Positions 19,110 to 28,705 of a DNA stretch of 64,000 nt are shown here, one piece after another. Numbering within the stretch: position 1 is the stretch's first letter; each line of letters starts with the position of its first letter. Source of the DNA: Bythopirellula sp. Its GTDB lineage: Bacteria > Planctomycetota > Planctomycetia > Pirellulales > Lacipirellulaceae. The position numbers and the translations under genes were made by a program. A model generated the notes under the pieces. The model had not been told where the DNA came from and made no database searches. It worked only from the letters and a program-made list of their open reading frames with translations. Location: NCBI GenBank assembly GCA_965216565.1, contig OZ244170.1:3072001-3136000 (forward strand). Reading direction: 5' to 3'.

Positions 19110-19853
19110 ATGCAAGGTTCCCGCTCTACCAACCACCCAGCCATTGGCCTGGTTCTTACACTCACGCTACTCTCCGCTGGTTGTAGCCAGATGAGTTCGC
19201 AGGCGCTCAACTCCGAAGGGGTGCGGCTCTACCAGAATGGCAATTACGTACAAGCCGCCGAGCAGTTCCAGCGCTCCGTGGCCAGCAATCCTAAGAATGC
19301 CGACAGCTATTACAACTTGGCCTCGGCGCTACACAAGAACGGCAAACTCTACGGACGCCAAGAAGACATCGCCCAAGCCGAGCAACTCTATAACCAATGT
19401 CTCGACTACGATCCCCAACACACCGAGTGTTACCGGGCCCTAGCCGTGCTGCTTTCCGAAACCGATCGCAACGATGCCGCGTTTCGTCTGCTGGAGGGTT
19501 GGGCCGGTCGCAATCCGCAGGCGGCAGACCCTCAAATCGAACTTGCACGTCTCTTGGAAGAAACCAACAACCTCAACCAGGCATCGACTCGTTTAGTACA
19601 AGCGCTGGCGATCGAACCTCGCAATAGCCGCGCCCTCACAGCGCTCGGCCGTCTGCGTGAGCGCGAAGGCGACGCCAGCCAAGCACTAGCCAACTACCAG
19701 CGATCACTAGCGGTCAATCGCTTCCAGCCAGAAATCTCCGCCCGCGTAGCCACCCTTCAAGCCGTCACCGGCTCGACCAGCGCGATCATGACCCCGCCCA
19801 CCGAAACCCGCACCGTTCAGCAGTGGACACCCTCGAACTCGGTGAGGTACTAG
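19110..19853 (+). CDS. Tetratricopeptide repeat lipoprotein
   Basis: Lipobox LSAGC; several TPR-like helices; start uncertain. Confidence 0.85.
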   Translation: MQGSRSTNHPAIGLVLTLTLLSAGCSQMSSQALNSEGVRLYQNGNYVQAAEQFQRSVASNPKNADSYYNLASALHKNGKLYGRQEDIAQAEQLYNQCLDYDPQHTECYRALAVLLSETDRNDAAFRLLEGWAGRNPQAADPQIELARLLEETNNLNQASTRLVQALAIEPRNSRALTALGRLREREGDASQALANYQRSLAVNRFQPEISARVATLQAVTGSTSAIMTPPTETRTVQQWTPSNSVRY

Positions 19854-19899
19854 GGGAGGCGTTGAGGCTGGAGGCTGTAGGCTTCGAGGCTGTAAGGTC

Positions 19900-20042
<143 letters not shown>

Positions 20043-20056
20043 CCGCAATCGCGATT

Positions 20057-20201
20057 TACGCCAACGGCGTTGCACTCAATAGCCTAGGGTTGCGAGCGTA
20101 AGCGAGCTACCCTAGGTTTCCGCGCAAGCACAGAGCTTACGCCGAAGGCGTTAGACAATGTCGATGAAGGTCACCTCGCGAATCGTTGATTCGCGGCTAG
20201 C
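20057..20201. repeat. About 100-145 bp multi-hairpin repeat, copy 1
   Basis: tacgccaacggcgtt..agcctagggttgcgagcgtaagcgagctaccctagg..tacgccgaaggcgtta..gcgaatcgttgattcgcggctagc. Confidence 0.8.
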
Positions 20202-20222
20202 ACCATTTCCCTTTCATCGACT

Positions 20223-21464
20223 TCATCCCAACCCTTCCAATGCCTCGCACGCCAGGCGCAGCGATTCGCTCGCGTCCATGCGGTCGGCACATGCTCGAGC
20301 TGCGGCGGCGACACGTTGATCGGAGAGCAATCCGTCAAGAAGCTCCGCCACCCGTGGGCCGCGGAATTTTTTGCGGGGGATTATCTCCGCGACGCCCAAG
20401 CGTTTCAGTCGTGTACCATTGTCAAGCTGATCGTAAGCCATCGGCATCACCAACTGGGGCAGCCCCGCCGCCAGCCCCTGGGCACTGGTGCCGATGCCAC
20501 CGTGATGCACAAGCGCAGCGGCGCGTGGCAATAGTTGGCTGAACGGCACAAAACCAAACGTCCTAATTCCCTCCGGCAAATCTGCCGGCAATTGCTCGGG
20601 ATACTTCGTACAGAGAATCGCACGACGTCCCAGTCGGACGCTCGCGTCGACGGCGGCGGCGAAGATTTCTGCTCCGGAGGTCATCGCCGAGCCGGGAGCG
20701 AACACAAGCGGCGGTGTGCCGGCATCAAGAAACGCCTCGACGTCGTCTGGCAATGTCTCGTCGCCAGCTTGATCCCAAAGCGGAAAGCCGGTGGCCTGCA
20801 CATTCGCCGGCCAGTCGGGCTGCGGCTTGGCAAACCAATCGGGAAACAGCCCCAACACCAACTGCGGCGAAAAGTACCACGTGTGCATCAAATTGCGGAC
20901 CGGCTCGAGCCCCACTTCGCGACGCAGCGGATCGAGTTCTGGCGCTATGATGCGATCGAGCAAACGATCGGCCAGCCAAAACTGCGCTTTGCGAAACCAC
21001 CCCGGCCACCAGTCCTGCATCAACATCTTAAACATCTGCGGCGACTCGTGAAAACTCCGCAGTGCCACCGGTGCCAGATGCACACTCGCCACAGGCGTGC
21101 CGTACTTGTCCTGATGCACGCGACTGGCGAAGTCTAAGCAATGGGCCACCAATACCGTCTCGCCCGCTACCACGTTGTCGTCGATCAATTCATACAGGGG
21201 CCGCAAAAACTTGCGGACGGTGGTTTGCATGATGAAGATCGGACCGCGCACAGGATTCCAGAGATCGGGATGATGAGCCAACTCGTGATATTCCTCCACC
21301 GTCCCGAGCGGCAAAAATTCCACGCCCGCCGCTTCGATGATGGGTTGAAAATGCGGATTGGCGATCACGGTCGCCTGATGCCCGCGCCCACGCATCGCCT
21401 GCGCCAAACCAACAAGCGGCAGCACATCGCCATAGCTTCCCAGGGCTGTCATGAGGTAGTGCAT
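20223..21464 (-). CDS. GT1-type glycosyltransferase (RhlB/MGT-like)
   Basis: GSYGDVLP N-terminus; FVPFSQLLP..LVHHGGIGT..AGLPQLVMPMAYDQ..N. Confidence 0.9.
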   Translation of the reverse strand: MHYLMTALGSYGDVLPLVGLAQAMRGRGHQATVIANPHFQPIIEAAGVEFLPLGTVEEYHELAHHPDLWNPVRGPIFIMQTTVRKFLRPLYELIDDNVVAGETVLVAHCLDFASRVHQDKYGTPVASVHLAPVALRSFHESPQMFKMLMQDWWPGWFRKAQFWLADRLLDRIIAPELDPLRREVGLEPVRNLMHTWYFSPQLVLGLFPDWFAKPQPDWPANVQATGFPLWDQAGDETLPDDVEAFLDAGTPPLVFAPGSAMTSGAEIFAAAVDASVRLGRRAILCTKYPEQLPADLPEGIRTFGFVPFSQLLPRAAALVHHGGIGTSAQGLAAGLPQLVMPMAYDQLDNGTRLKRLGVAEIIPRKKFRGPRVAELLDGLLSDQRVAAAARACADRMDASESLRLACEALEGLG

Positions 21465-21565
21465 GGTTTGAGGCAGGAGACTTTGAGGCTGGAGGCTTCG
21501 AGACTGGGGGCTTCGAGACGCGAGGGTATTCGCCTGGCGGCTGTTGGCTTTCCGCTACCGAGGAT

Positions 21566-21668
21566 TTCGCCAACGGCGTTGTACTCCATAGCCTAGGGCT
21601 GCGAGCGCAAGCAAGCTACCCTAGGACTTCGATTTCTGTAGATTCCACTACGCCGAAAGCGTTAGACA
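21566..21668. repeat. Multi-hairpin repeat, copy 2
   Basis: ttcgccaacggcgttgtactccatagcctagggctgcgagcgcaagcaagctaccctagg..tacgccgaaagcgttagaca. Confidence 0.8.
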
Positions 21669-21733
21669 CAATGCAACTTGTACTGCACAATATGTGAACT
21701 TCCAACACCCTGCGCACCTATCGTCGAACCCAC

Positions 21734-22495
21734 ATGGCCGACAGCGATCCTCAAGATGACGACGAATACGAGCTCGAGCCAATCGACCCAGAGATTCTGG
21801 AACGAGAGCGTCAGCGGGCCGATGCCAAGGTCCGCCAGGCGGAGCAGTCGGTCGACATCAACGAGTACTACGAGGACGAGCAGCCCGAGGATCCCATCAC
21901 TTGGGACGACATGCGAGGCTTTCAGTTTTCGATTCGCCATTTACTGATTGCTACCGCCGGGCTGGCGGTCTTTCTTACGCTTTGGGAAATTGGCGAATGC
22001 TTGGCTTTGTTCCTGGGTGCCCTCGCGGCATTGGCTGGCGGTTGGTTCTATGTGTTGAAGCGTGAACGCGAAGCCAAAGACAAGCGTCAAATTGAGCGTG
22101 CAGCCCGAGTAGCCGGCAGTGGCAAGCCAACCGACCCAGATGCAATCGATTACAGCGAATTCGATACTTCAGAAGAACCCACTGCATCTCGCGAGTTTCG
22201 CTTCAGCTTTTCCATGAAGGAATTGTTTGGTGCCATGACGGTTGCCGCCCTGATGCTGGGGCTGATCCAAATATTGGGCGGCGCTCACAATGCAGCACTC
22301 GTGCTGGGATTGATCGCGCTCTTGGGCTTAGTGATTCACGTCGTCGGATTTGATCCGCCCCCGGTGGTCGTCCTAGGTTGGTGGCTGCTGTTGGTGCTGT
22401 ATATCGTAATGAGTCTGTGGGCCGCATTCGGCTCCGGAGCGGTGGCGTGGCTGCCGGGAGAGACGAGCATACTTTTTGCAAGCATGCTGTACTAA
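21734..22495 (+). CDS. Hypothetical membrane protein
   Basis: Acidic N-terminus; two FxFS-type motifs (FQFSIRHLL, FSFSMKELF), each preceding TM segments. Confidence 0.8.
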   Translation: MADSDPQDDDEYELEPIDPEILERERQRADAKVRQAEQSVDINEYYEDEQPEDPITWDDMRGFQFSIRHLLIATAGLAVFLTLWEIGECLALFLGALAALAGGWFYVLKREREAKDKRQIERAARVAGSGKPTDPDAIDYSEFDTSEEPTASREFRFSFSMKELFGAMTVAALMLGLIQILGGAHNAALVLGLIALLGLVIHVVGFDPPPVVVLGWWLLLVLYIVMSLWAAFGSGAVAWLPGETSILFASMLY

Positions 22496-22546
22496 TGGCA
22501 GTCAGCTCTCGGCTCTCAATTCAAAGCTTATGAGCCCTCTGAGGTA

Positions 22547-22684
22547 TACGCCAAAGGCGTTTCATTCCAAAGCCAAGGGTTGCGAGCGCAAGCGAGCTAC
22601 CGTAGGTAGTCTCACGCAGTAAGATACTTACGCTGAAAGCGTTACACCTTGGGTTGCCGTGCGAATCGTGGATTCGCGGCTAGC
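22547..22684. repeat. Multi-hairpin repeat, copy 3
   Basis: tacgccaaaggcgtt..agccaagggttgcgagcgcaagcgagctaccgtagg..tacgctgaaagcgtta..gcgaatcgtggattcgcggctagc. Confidence 0.8.
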
Positions 22685-23705
22685 TTGAAGCCCGATAATA
22701 CTTCAATTTTTCACGGAGAAAGTCTCCGAAACCCTTCTCCGGCGCTTCGGCTGCCAACTCGTTGATACGACTATGCCGTTTCAGTTCCGCGAACGGTACG
22801 CTGTGATCCAGCCAGCCATCGTCGTAGATCATTTCGTCGAGTTTACCATTGAATAACCATCGCCAATCCCAACCAATCTCACGGGTCCGCTGACGGTAAA
22901 TGCTCGTCGTGCAATTGGTCGTCAGACCATGATACCAACGTGGATGCTCCACTAAGGCATTGGCACTAACGACGTACTCCAGAAACAGTTTCTTTAGCTC
23001 CTCGTTTTCCACTTGCAGCCGGTACAGATACACGTCGTGGTTTTCCAGATACTTGGCACGCTTGAGAATCGCGTCCCTCTCGTCAGAGACCACGTACATA
23101 ATCTCCTGCTGACGATACAGACTGCGGAAGAAGCCGTACTTCTGCCCCTGGCGGTAACGGACCTCGATCGAAATGCAAAGCCGCCCCTCATCGCCAAAGT
23201 CGAACACCAGCATCGGGTGACTGATAAACGACGAACCCCAATAGATGATCACACCGTCGAGACCGATTAGTTTCGACAGATGGTACTCTCGCTGTTCGTA
23301 GTGCGGCGTGAAGTCGGTCGACGTGCGGTACTCGGTATTGCGGACATTGTGGACGGTGATTCGATCGCCCTCGATTTCAAACCGTGGCAGTACTGCGAAA
23401 TTGGGATTCCAATCGCGATCGTTCGAGGGTTTCTGCTTCAGCCACCAAACCATAAAGACGACGAACGCCGTCAGGATGACGACCATCACCTGCCACAAAG
23501 GTTGCCACCACGCAATGGCGGCCACCACCGACGCAACGCAGAGTAGGATCAAAGGCCAGGCGTACCAACGCGCTCGAGCCACGTCGAAATAGATCGCACC
23601 GATCGTCCACAGCAATAGCACGGAGACCAGCAGATACCCTAACGGCATGAGAATCGCCGCTGGTACGTAACCAAGCACCTCAGCAATACTTTCGAGCGAG
23701 AACAA
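22680..23705 (-). CDS. DUF4105 (Lnb N-terminal-like) membrane protein
   Basis: TM N-terminus, PSNDRDW, ISHPMLVFDF, SIEVR, WYHGLTTNCTT; start uncertain. Confidence 0.85.
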   Translation of the reverse strand: MFSLESIAEVLGYVPAAILMPLGYLLVSVLLLWTIGAIYFDVARARWYAWPLILLCVASVVAAIAWWQPLWQVMVVILTAFVVFMVWWLKQKPSNDRDWNPNFAVLPRFEIEGDRITVHNVRNTEYRTSTDFTPHYEQREYHLSKLIGLDGVIIYWGSSFISHPMLVFDFGDEGRLCISIEVRYRQGQKYGFFRSLYRQQEIMYVVSDERDAILKRAKYLENHDVYLYRLQVENEELKKLFLEYVVSANALVEHPRWYHGLTTNCTTSIYRQRTREIGWDWRWLFNGKLDEMIYDDGWLDHSVPFAELKRHSRINELAAEAPEKGFGDFLREKLKYYRASS

Positions 23706-23812
23706 AGTGCGACCTGGGTTGAACCGTAAAGGCGTCCGCGGCGAGTTTTCCGACTCCCAAATCTACTTTGCTCTGGGGGAATTTCAAATCGTTTGGCTTT
23801 TGGTCTCTCCCG

Positions 23813-25615
23813 TCACTGACGTTTGGGGCTGGCTTTTTCGCTCTCCACCCATGAAGTGACGTTTGCTTCGAGGATCCCCAACGGCACGGAGCCACTGCCC
23901 AGTACCACGTCGTGAAACGCACGGATGTCGAAATCATCGCCCAGTGCGTCTTCGGCTTGTTCACGGATTTGGCGGATCTTCATTTCACCCGTCTTGTACG
24001 CCAGCGCCTGCCCCGGCCAGGTGATGTACCGATCGACCTCGGCCTCGATATTGTGTCGGGACATGGCCGAGTTGTCGCTCAAATAATCAATCGCCTTCTC
24101 ACGCGACCAACCGTAATAGTGAATCCCCGTATCGACCACCAGTCGGCAAGCCCGCCAGATCTCCATCGTTAGCCGGCCAAAGTCGCTGTAGGGATCTTCA
24201 TAGAAACCCGCCTCGCGCCCCAGCCGCTCTGCATAGAGAGCCCAGCCTTCGACGAATACGGTAAATCCTTCGAAGCGTCGAAATTTTGGTAGATCATCCA
24301 TCTCCTGCTGCAGCGCAATTTGCAGATGATGCCCCGGCACGGCCTCGTGCAGCGACAACGCTTCGATCATATACAGCGGTCGGCTCTTCAAATTATAAGT
24401 GTTCATAAAGAAAAAGCCGGCCCGGGTTCCGTCACCCGCCGGTCGCTGATAATAGGCAGACGTTGTTCGCGGAGCGATATAGTCGGGCACTTCCTTCAGT
24501 CCGTAGGAGACGCGCGGCAAATGGCCGAACAGCTTGGGTAGCTGGCCGTCCATTTTCTTCAGCACATACGACACTTCCTTGAGCAATTCTTTTTTCGTCT
24601 CCGCATAAAACTTAGGGTCCTCGCGCAAGTATTTTGTAAAGGCCGCAAAGTCGCCCTCGAATTCCACACGCTTGATGATCTCGTCCATTTCGCCGCGAAT
24701 TCTAGCCACCTCAGACAGTCCCGTTTGATGCACTTCCTCGGGTGTCACATCCAGCGTCGTGTACTTTCGCACACGATGGCGATAAAACTCTCGCCCACCA
24801 GACACGGCGGAAATTCCTACTGAGTCTCGCAACTGCGGAACATACTCGGTCTCCATGAACTTGCGGAATCGCTCGTAGGTTGGCACGACGATCGAAGTAA
24901 TAGCCTCGGTGCCCTCAGCACGCAGACGCTCGTGCTCACTCGCGGGAACGCCGATCGGAAACTTCTGAAATGGTTTATAGAGCAGGCTCTTCTGAGGATC
25001 GTCGACTATGTGTGCATCGATGGATTCTTCCCAACCCTGCATGGCCACAGCCGGTTGAACCCGATTGCTCGCCATCCCCTCGCGCATGAGTTCGATATGG
25101 CCGTCCGTATACTTGGCAAATGCCCGTAACCTCGAAATATAGTTCTCATAGTCCTGCAAACTGTCGAGGGGGACGTCGTCGGGAAGCTCTGGGAAGTTCA
25201 GATGAAATCCGTTTCGCTGATTGATGGGCATTAGTTGGTCGCCGAACTCGTGCTCGGTGATCTCGTCTCGGATCAACCGACGGAGGATGTCGTAGTTAAT
25301 CTGCTGGTCCGGCGATAGCCCCTCGCGGCCGATGCTCTCGATCTCTGCCAGAAATCCTACCCGCGCTTCGTTCCGACGTTTGCTATTGGCCAACGAAACT
25401 GTCGGTAAACGATCGTTATACTGGTGCTCACCGACTCTGGTGGCAAACAGCGGATACTCCTGGAGATCGTGTTCCCAGATTCGATCCACGAGTTCTAGAA
25501 AACTTTCGTCAGGCGTGGGCTGGGCAAATGTCGACTGAGCCATAAAAACTAGCAGAGGGACCATTGCCCAAATCGGTCGGTACATTGTAGGTTCCTTGGG
25601 ACGATTAAGAGTCAT
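23813..25615 (-). CDS. DUF885 family exported protein
   Basis: LHEAVPGHHLQ, FVEGWALYAE, RACRLVVDTGIH, EVDRY..PGQALAYK; start may be 25585. Confidence 0.92.
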   Translation of the reverse strand: MTLNRPKEPTMYRPIWAMVPLLVFMAQSTFAQPTPDESFLELVDRIWEHDLQEYPLFATRVGEHQYNDRLPTVSLANSKRRNEARVGFLAEIESIGREGLSPDQQINYDILRRLIRDEITEHEFGDQLMPINQRNGFHLNFPELPDDVPLDSLQDYENYISRLRAFAKYTDGHIELMREGMASNRVQPAVAMQGWEESIDAHIVDDPQKSLLYKPFQKFPIGVPASEHERLRAEGTEAITSIVVPTYERFRKFMETEYVPQLRDSVGISAVSGGREFYRHRVRKYTTLDVTPEEVHQTGLSEVARIRGEMDEIIKRVEFEGDFAAFTKYLREDPKFYAETKKELLKEVSYVLKKMDGQLPKLFGHLPRVSYGLKEVPDYIAPRTTSAYYQRPAGDGTRAGFFFMNTYNLKSRPLYMIEALSLHEAVPGHHLQIALQQEMDDLPKFRRFEGFTVFVEGWALYAERLGREAGFYEDPYSDFGRLTMEIWRACRLVVDTGIHYYGWSREKAIDYLSDNSAMSRHNIEAEVDRYITWPGQALAYKTGEMKIRQIREQAEDALGDDFDIRAFHDVVLGSGSVPLGILEANVTSWVESEKASPKRQ

Positions 25616-25642
25616 GCGAGTTAACGGAGAGGGTTTGCCTGG

Positions 25643-25793
25643 GGCTGTCCGGGATTTTCCAAATGAGTAACACGGCTACGGCAGTAACTGTCATTCCGAG
25701 GTCTGCCGAGGAATCTGGCCGGCCCCTCGGCAGACCTCGAAGTGAAAGCACGCTTCCTGTCTTGTGGTTTCTATTCGAAAATCCCGGACAGCC
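25643..25793. mobile_element. MITE-like element with perfect 17-bp terminal inverted repeats
   Basis: ggctgtccgggattttc (25643-25659) / gaaaatcccggacagcc (25777-25793) enclosing an internal palindrome. Confidence 0.55.
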
Positions 25794-25881
25794 ACGATAG
25801 ACCTAGAATATATCAGCTTACGTTGCCCGGGCGGACAGCAATTAAAGACGACCCGGTCTCACTGACTATGATTTCAGATCA

Positions 25882-26346
25882 ATGAAAAAGAAACGCTGGA
25901 TGATCGGACTCTTACTTGCCCTCGGGATGACTTGGATTGCGGTTCGCTGGGCAAATTCCATCACTGCGCCCAACCATGAACTGGGACTGCAACAAAATCG
26001 CCTCGCCCCCTGCCCCGACAGTCCAAACTGCGTGTCGACGCGCGCCGAGACGGCCGAGCACCAAATTGAGCCTCTGCAATTCACCGGTTCGGCCGAAGAG
26101 GCTTTCGGGCGTATCAAGAATATTGTCGCGGCGATGCCCGGCAGCCAGATCGTGACCGTCGACGACCGATACCTGCACGCGGAGTTTCGCAGCACACTGT
26201 TGGGCTTTGTCGACGATGTCGAGTTTCACGTCGACGACTCGAAGGGCCTGATCCATTTCCGTTCCGCAAGCCGAGTTGGCCGATCCGACTTGGGAGCGAA
26301 TCGGGAACGAATGAAAGAGATTCGTCAGCGCTTCGAGCGACCGTAA
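25882..26346 (+). CDS. DUF1499 domain-containing protein
   Basis: LAPCPDSPNCVS, GFVDDVEF, RSASRVGRSDLGANRER. Confidence 0.92.
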   Translation: MKKKRWMIGLLLALGMTWIAVRWANSITAPNHELGLQQNRLAPCPDSPNCVSTRAETAEHQIEPLQFTGSAEEAFGRIKNIVAAMPGSQIVTVDDRYLHAEFRSTLLGFVDDVEFHVDDSKGLIHFRSASRVGRSDLGANRERMKEIRQRFERP

Positions 26347-26388
26347 GCGGAGTGGTCACTCCAAGAGACTTCGCGTAGGTCGCGGCAT

Positions 26389-26426
26389 AAAAAAAGCCCA
26401 GGGCGATCATAACGATCACCCTGGGC
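26389..26426 (-). terminator. Intrinsic terminator between convergent genes
   Basis: gcccagggcgatc-ataac-gatcaccctgggc with a 7-U tail on the minus strand. Confidence 0.75.
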
Positions 26427-26450
26427 GAAACTTAAACTAGCAGTCACACG

Positions 26451-27329
26451 TTAGTTATTGTTCGATTCGTTATTCGAACTCTCCGAGCGATCATTCTCTC
26501 GTTGATTGCTGCGATCGTTTTGCGAATCGTTTTGTTGCGAATTGTTGTTATTCGAGCTTTGATTCGCCTCAGACTGCTGGCTGTTTCGATTCTCATTCTG
26601 ACGGTCCATCTGTCGGTTATTCTCGTCTCGCTGCGAAGAGCTGGAATCACGATAGTTGGACTGATGGCGGTTCGACTGCGAGCTACTCGATTGAGAATCG
26701 ACATATACCCGACGTCCATTCATACAAATGAATTCTCGACCACAGTTGTCGTGACGCAAACGATAGGTTCTTCCAGAATTATTGCTGTTAGCAGAACTAT
26801 TTTGGTTCCACTGGTTTTGATTCTGGCTTTGATCGTTCCAGTTGCGATTGTCGTTCTGACGCTGGTTGTTGTTATTGGCTTGGTTGTCCCCACGATAGTT
26901 CGATTCGTATTCGTTGGGGTTGTTGTCTTGCCAATTACGATTGTCGTTCTGCTGATTCTGCAGATTTCGGTTATCGTTTTGGAGGTTTCGATTATTGTTG
27001 TTTAGATTCCTATTGTTGTTCTGGGAATCCTGATTACTGTTTTGAAAATTCTGATTGTTGTTACGTTGGTTGTTATTCCGCTGGTTGCGATTTACGCCAT
27101 CGCGAATACGGTCGCGGGTTCGACGTACTGCGTCGGCGGTACCTTCGGCAGCCTCATTGGCCAAATTGCGCGTTGCTTCGCCCGTACGTCGAATTGCGTT
27201 ACCGGTACCTTCCGCCGCTCGACGCACGCCATCGCGTACACGTTCCTGGGCATCGGCAGTGTCAGCAACAGGCACTAACAGTAATGCACTAAGTGCAGCC
27301 AGGCTGATAGTTCTAAATCTAATCTTCAT
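26451..27329 (-). CDS. Secreted Asn/Gln-rich low-complexity protein
   Basis: RBS AAGGAG, Sec-type signal peptide (..ADA-Q), N/Q/D/R-rich repeats. Confidence 0.85.
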   Translation of the reverse strand: MKIRFRTISLAALSALLLVPVADTADAQERVRDGVRRAAEGTGNAIRRTGEATRNLANEAAEGTADAVRRTRDRIRDGVNRNQRNNNQRNNNQNFQNSNQDSQNNNRNLNNNNRNLQNDNRNLQNQQNDNRNWQDNNPNEYESNYRGDNQANNNNQRQNDNRNWNDQSQNQNQWNQNSSANSNNSGRTYRLRHDNCGREFICMNGRRVYVDSQSSSSQSNRHQSNYRDSSSSQRDENNRQMDRQNENRNSQQSEANQSSNNNNSQQNDSQNDRSNQRENDRSESSNNESNNN

Positions 27330-27484
27330 AGCTTGTTCTCCTTAGATAAGCAGTTAATTGGGGTGAGAAACTAACGAGCTTTTCCGAAAGCCCATTTCCA
27401 TTTCTAACCTCCGTAAATTCCCGTTTGGCCCCATCTCGGCCTCAACATAGTTGCTGGTTCGCCAAGACTCGGAATTGTGAATTG

Positions 27485-27524
27485 AAAAAACTGACAGCGG
27501 CGAGGGGAGGTTCACCGCTGTCAG
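27485..27524 (-). terminator. Intrinsic terminator after the PA2169-family gene
   Basis: ctgacagcgg...ccgctgtcag stem with a U-run on the minus strand. Confidence 0.65.
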
Positions 27525-27558
27525 CGCCACTTTTCGGTCCCGCTCCGGGAAGCGTTCC

Positions 27559-28038
27559 CTACGAGTTTTTGCAGGCGTCGCGGAGGTCGCGCACTTCGTC
27601 GTGCGTAGCCTTCACGTCTGCGTATTGTCGCTGCAACACGGCGTTGGCAGCCGTGCCGGGCGTTTCCTTCAGTACCTCTTCGTAAGCCTCTTTGATGTGA
27701 TCCTCACCACGCTCGGCTTCCGCCAGCACGGCATGAACATCATCCGAGGTGAATGCCGTTTTCATCGAGGTATAAGCTTGATGTAGCTCAGCCAACCAAC
27801 TCGCCTCGCAATCGACGTCTTCGCCATTGCAATTGACGATATCCGCCAGTTCTTTGGCTTGCTTCGCCCGCTGGTCGGACCATTTGCGGAATTTTTCTGC
27901 CAAATCAGATCGCTTGATCTGCTCGGCCGCTTCTCGAAAGCCTTCCGCACTGTCGACATTGGCTTGATGAAGTTTCTGTAGCCCATCAATGGTTTCTTCC
28001 TTCAAATCGCACTTAGTTTCAGGGTTCTGAATGCTCAT
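27559..28038 (-). CDS. PA2169/DUF2383 four-helix-bundle protein
   Basis: DSAEGFREAAE, LHQAY..MK, AVLAEAERGED..KEAYEEVL; RBS AGGAGG. Confidence 0.9.
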   Translation of the reverse strand: MSIQNPETKCDLKEETIDGLQKLHQANVDSAEGFREAAEQIKRSDLAEKFRKWSDQRAKQAKELADIVNCNGEDVDCEASWLAELHQAYTSMKTAFTSDDVHAVLAEAERGEDHIKEAYEEVLKETPGTAANAVLQRQYADVKATHDEVRDLRDACKNS

Positions 28039-28105
28039 TTCATTCCTCCTTGGAGTAAGATCATTAAAAAATGTGGTTCAACACCGCGGCCTCGGCGTAC
28101 TCGTG

Positions 28106-28273
28106 TTAAGCGCCACGGCGAAGCTTGGGAACAACCAAGCCGATAATGAAAAGCACGATGAAGATCCAGAAACAAATCTGTGCAATCCCCGCTGATGCTC
28201 CAGCAATTCCACCAAAGCCCAAGACTCCAGCAATAATCGCGATCACCAAGAATGTGAGAGCCCAACTTAACAT
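28106..28273 (-). CDS. DUF1328 (UPF0391) small membrane protein, 55 aa
   Basis: Not in the ORF track; [55 protein letters not shown]. Confidence 0.92.
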   Translation of the reverse strand: MLSWALTFLVIAIIAGVLGFGGIAGASAGIAQICFWIFIVLFIIGLVVPKLRRGA

Positions 28274-28356
28274 GTGACACCTAACCTTTCGTCTAAACTA
28301 TCGATCCCTCAAGGGAATACGTAAGCGGTTTGAATCCGTTGACCAACAGATAGCTT

Positions 28357-28372
28357 TGCAAATGACATGCCG
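28357..28372 (-). promoter_or_regulatory. Sigma54-type -24/-12 promoter
   Basis: Minus strand CGGCATGTCATTTGCA fits GG-N10-GC; about 85 nt upstream of the DUF1328 gene. Confidence 0.6.
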
Positions 28373-28705
28373 CTTGCAGGTTTGAGCGTTCAAGAACGAT
28401 TCGCACTAGAGACTTTCAGCCCGACTCAGTGTCGAGTTAGCAGTGGTTGGCGCTAGAAAAGAACGCGCGGAAAGAAAATCGCAGGCATGGGCTTTAAAAA
28501 ACGTCCATTGGGTAGGAAAATTATTTTCACAGACAAATTGCAGCCCTTTTCACGACAAGATGTCGTAGCCAACACTTATACTGAAACTCATTCAGTTTTC
28601 TTGTTTCTATGAGAAAATAGAACGTACTGACGGCTAATCCTGGTTGCCGAATCACCATGCTGGTGGGGTCGCGACCAATCACTAGCGCTTCCATCTATTT
28701 AACCT

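Noticed and set aside
20057..22684. CRISPR array or integron attC array
   Set aside because: Copies are about 100 bp, degenerate and separated by genes in mixed orientation; no cas or intI gene in the window
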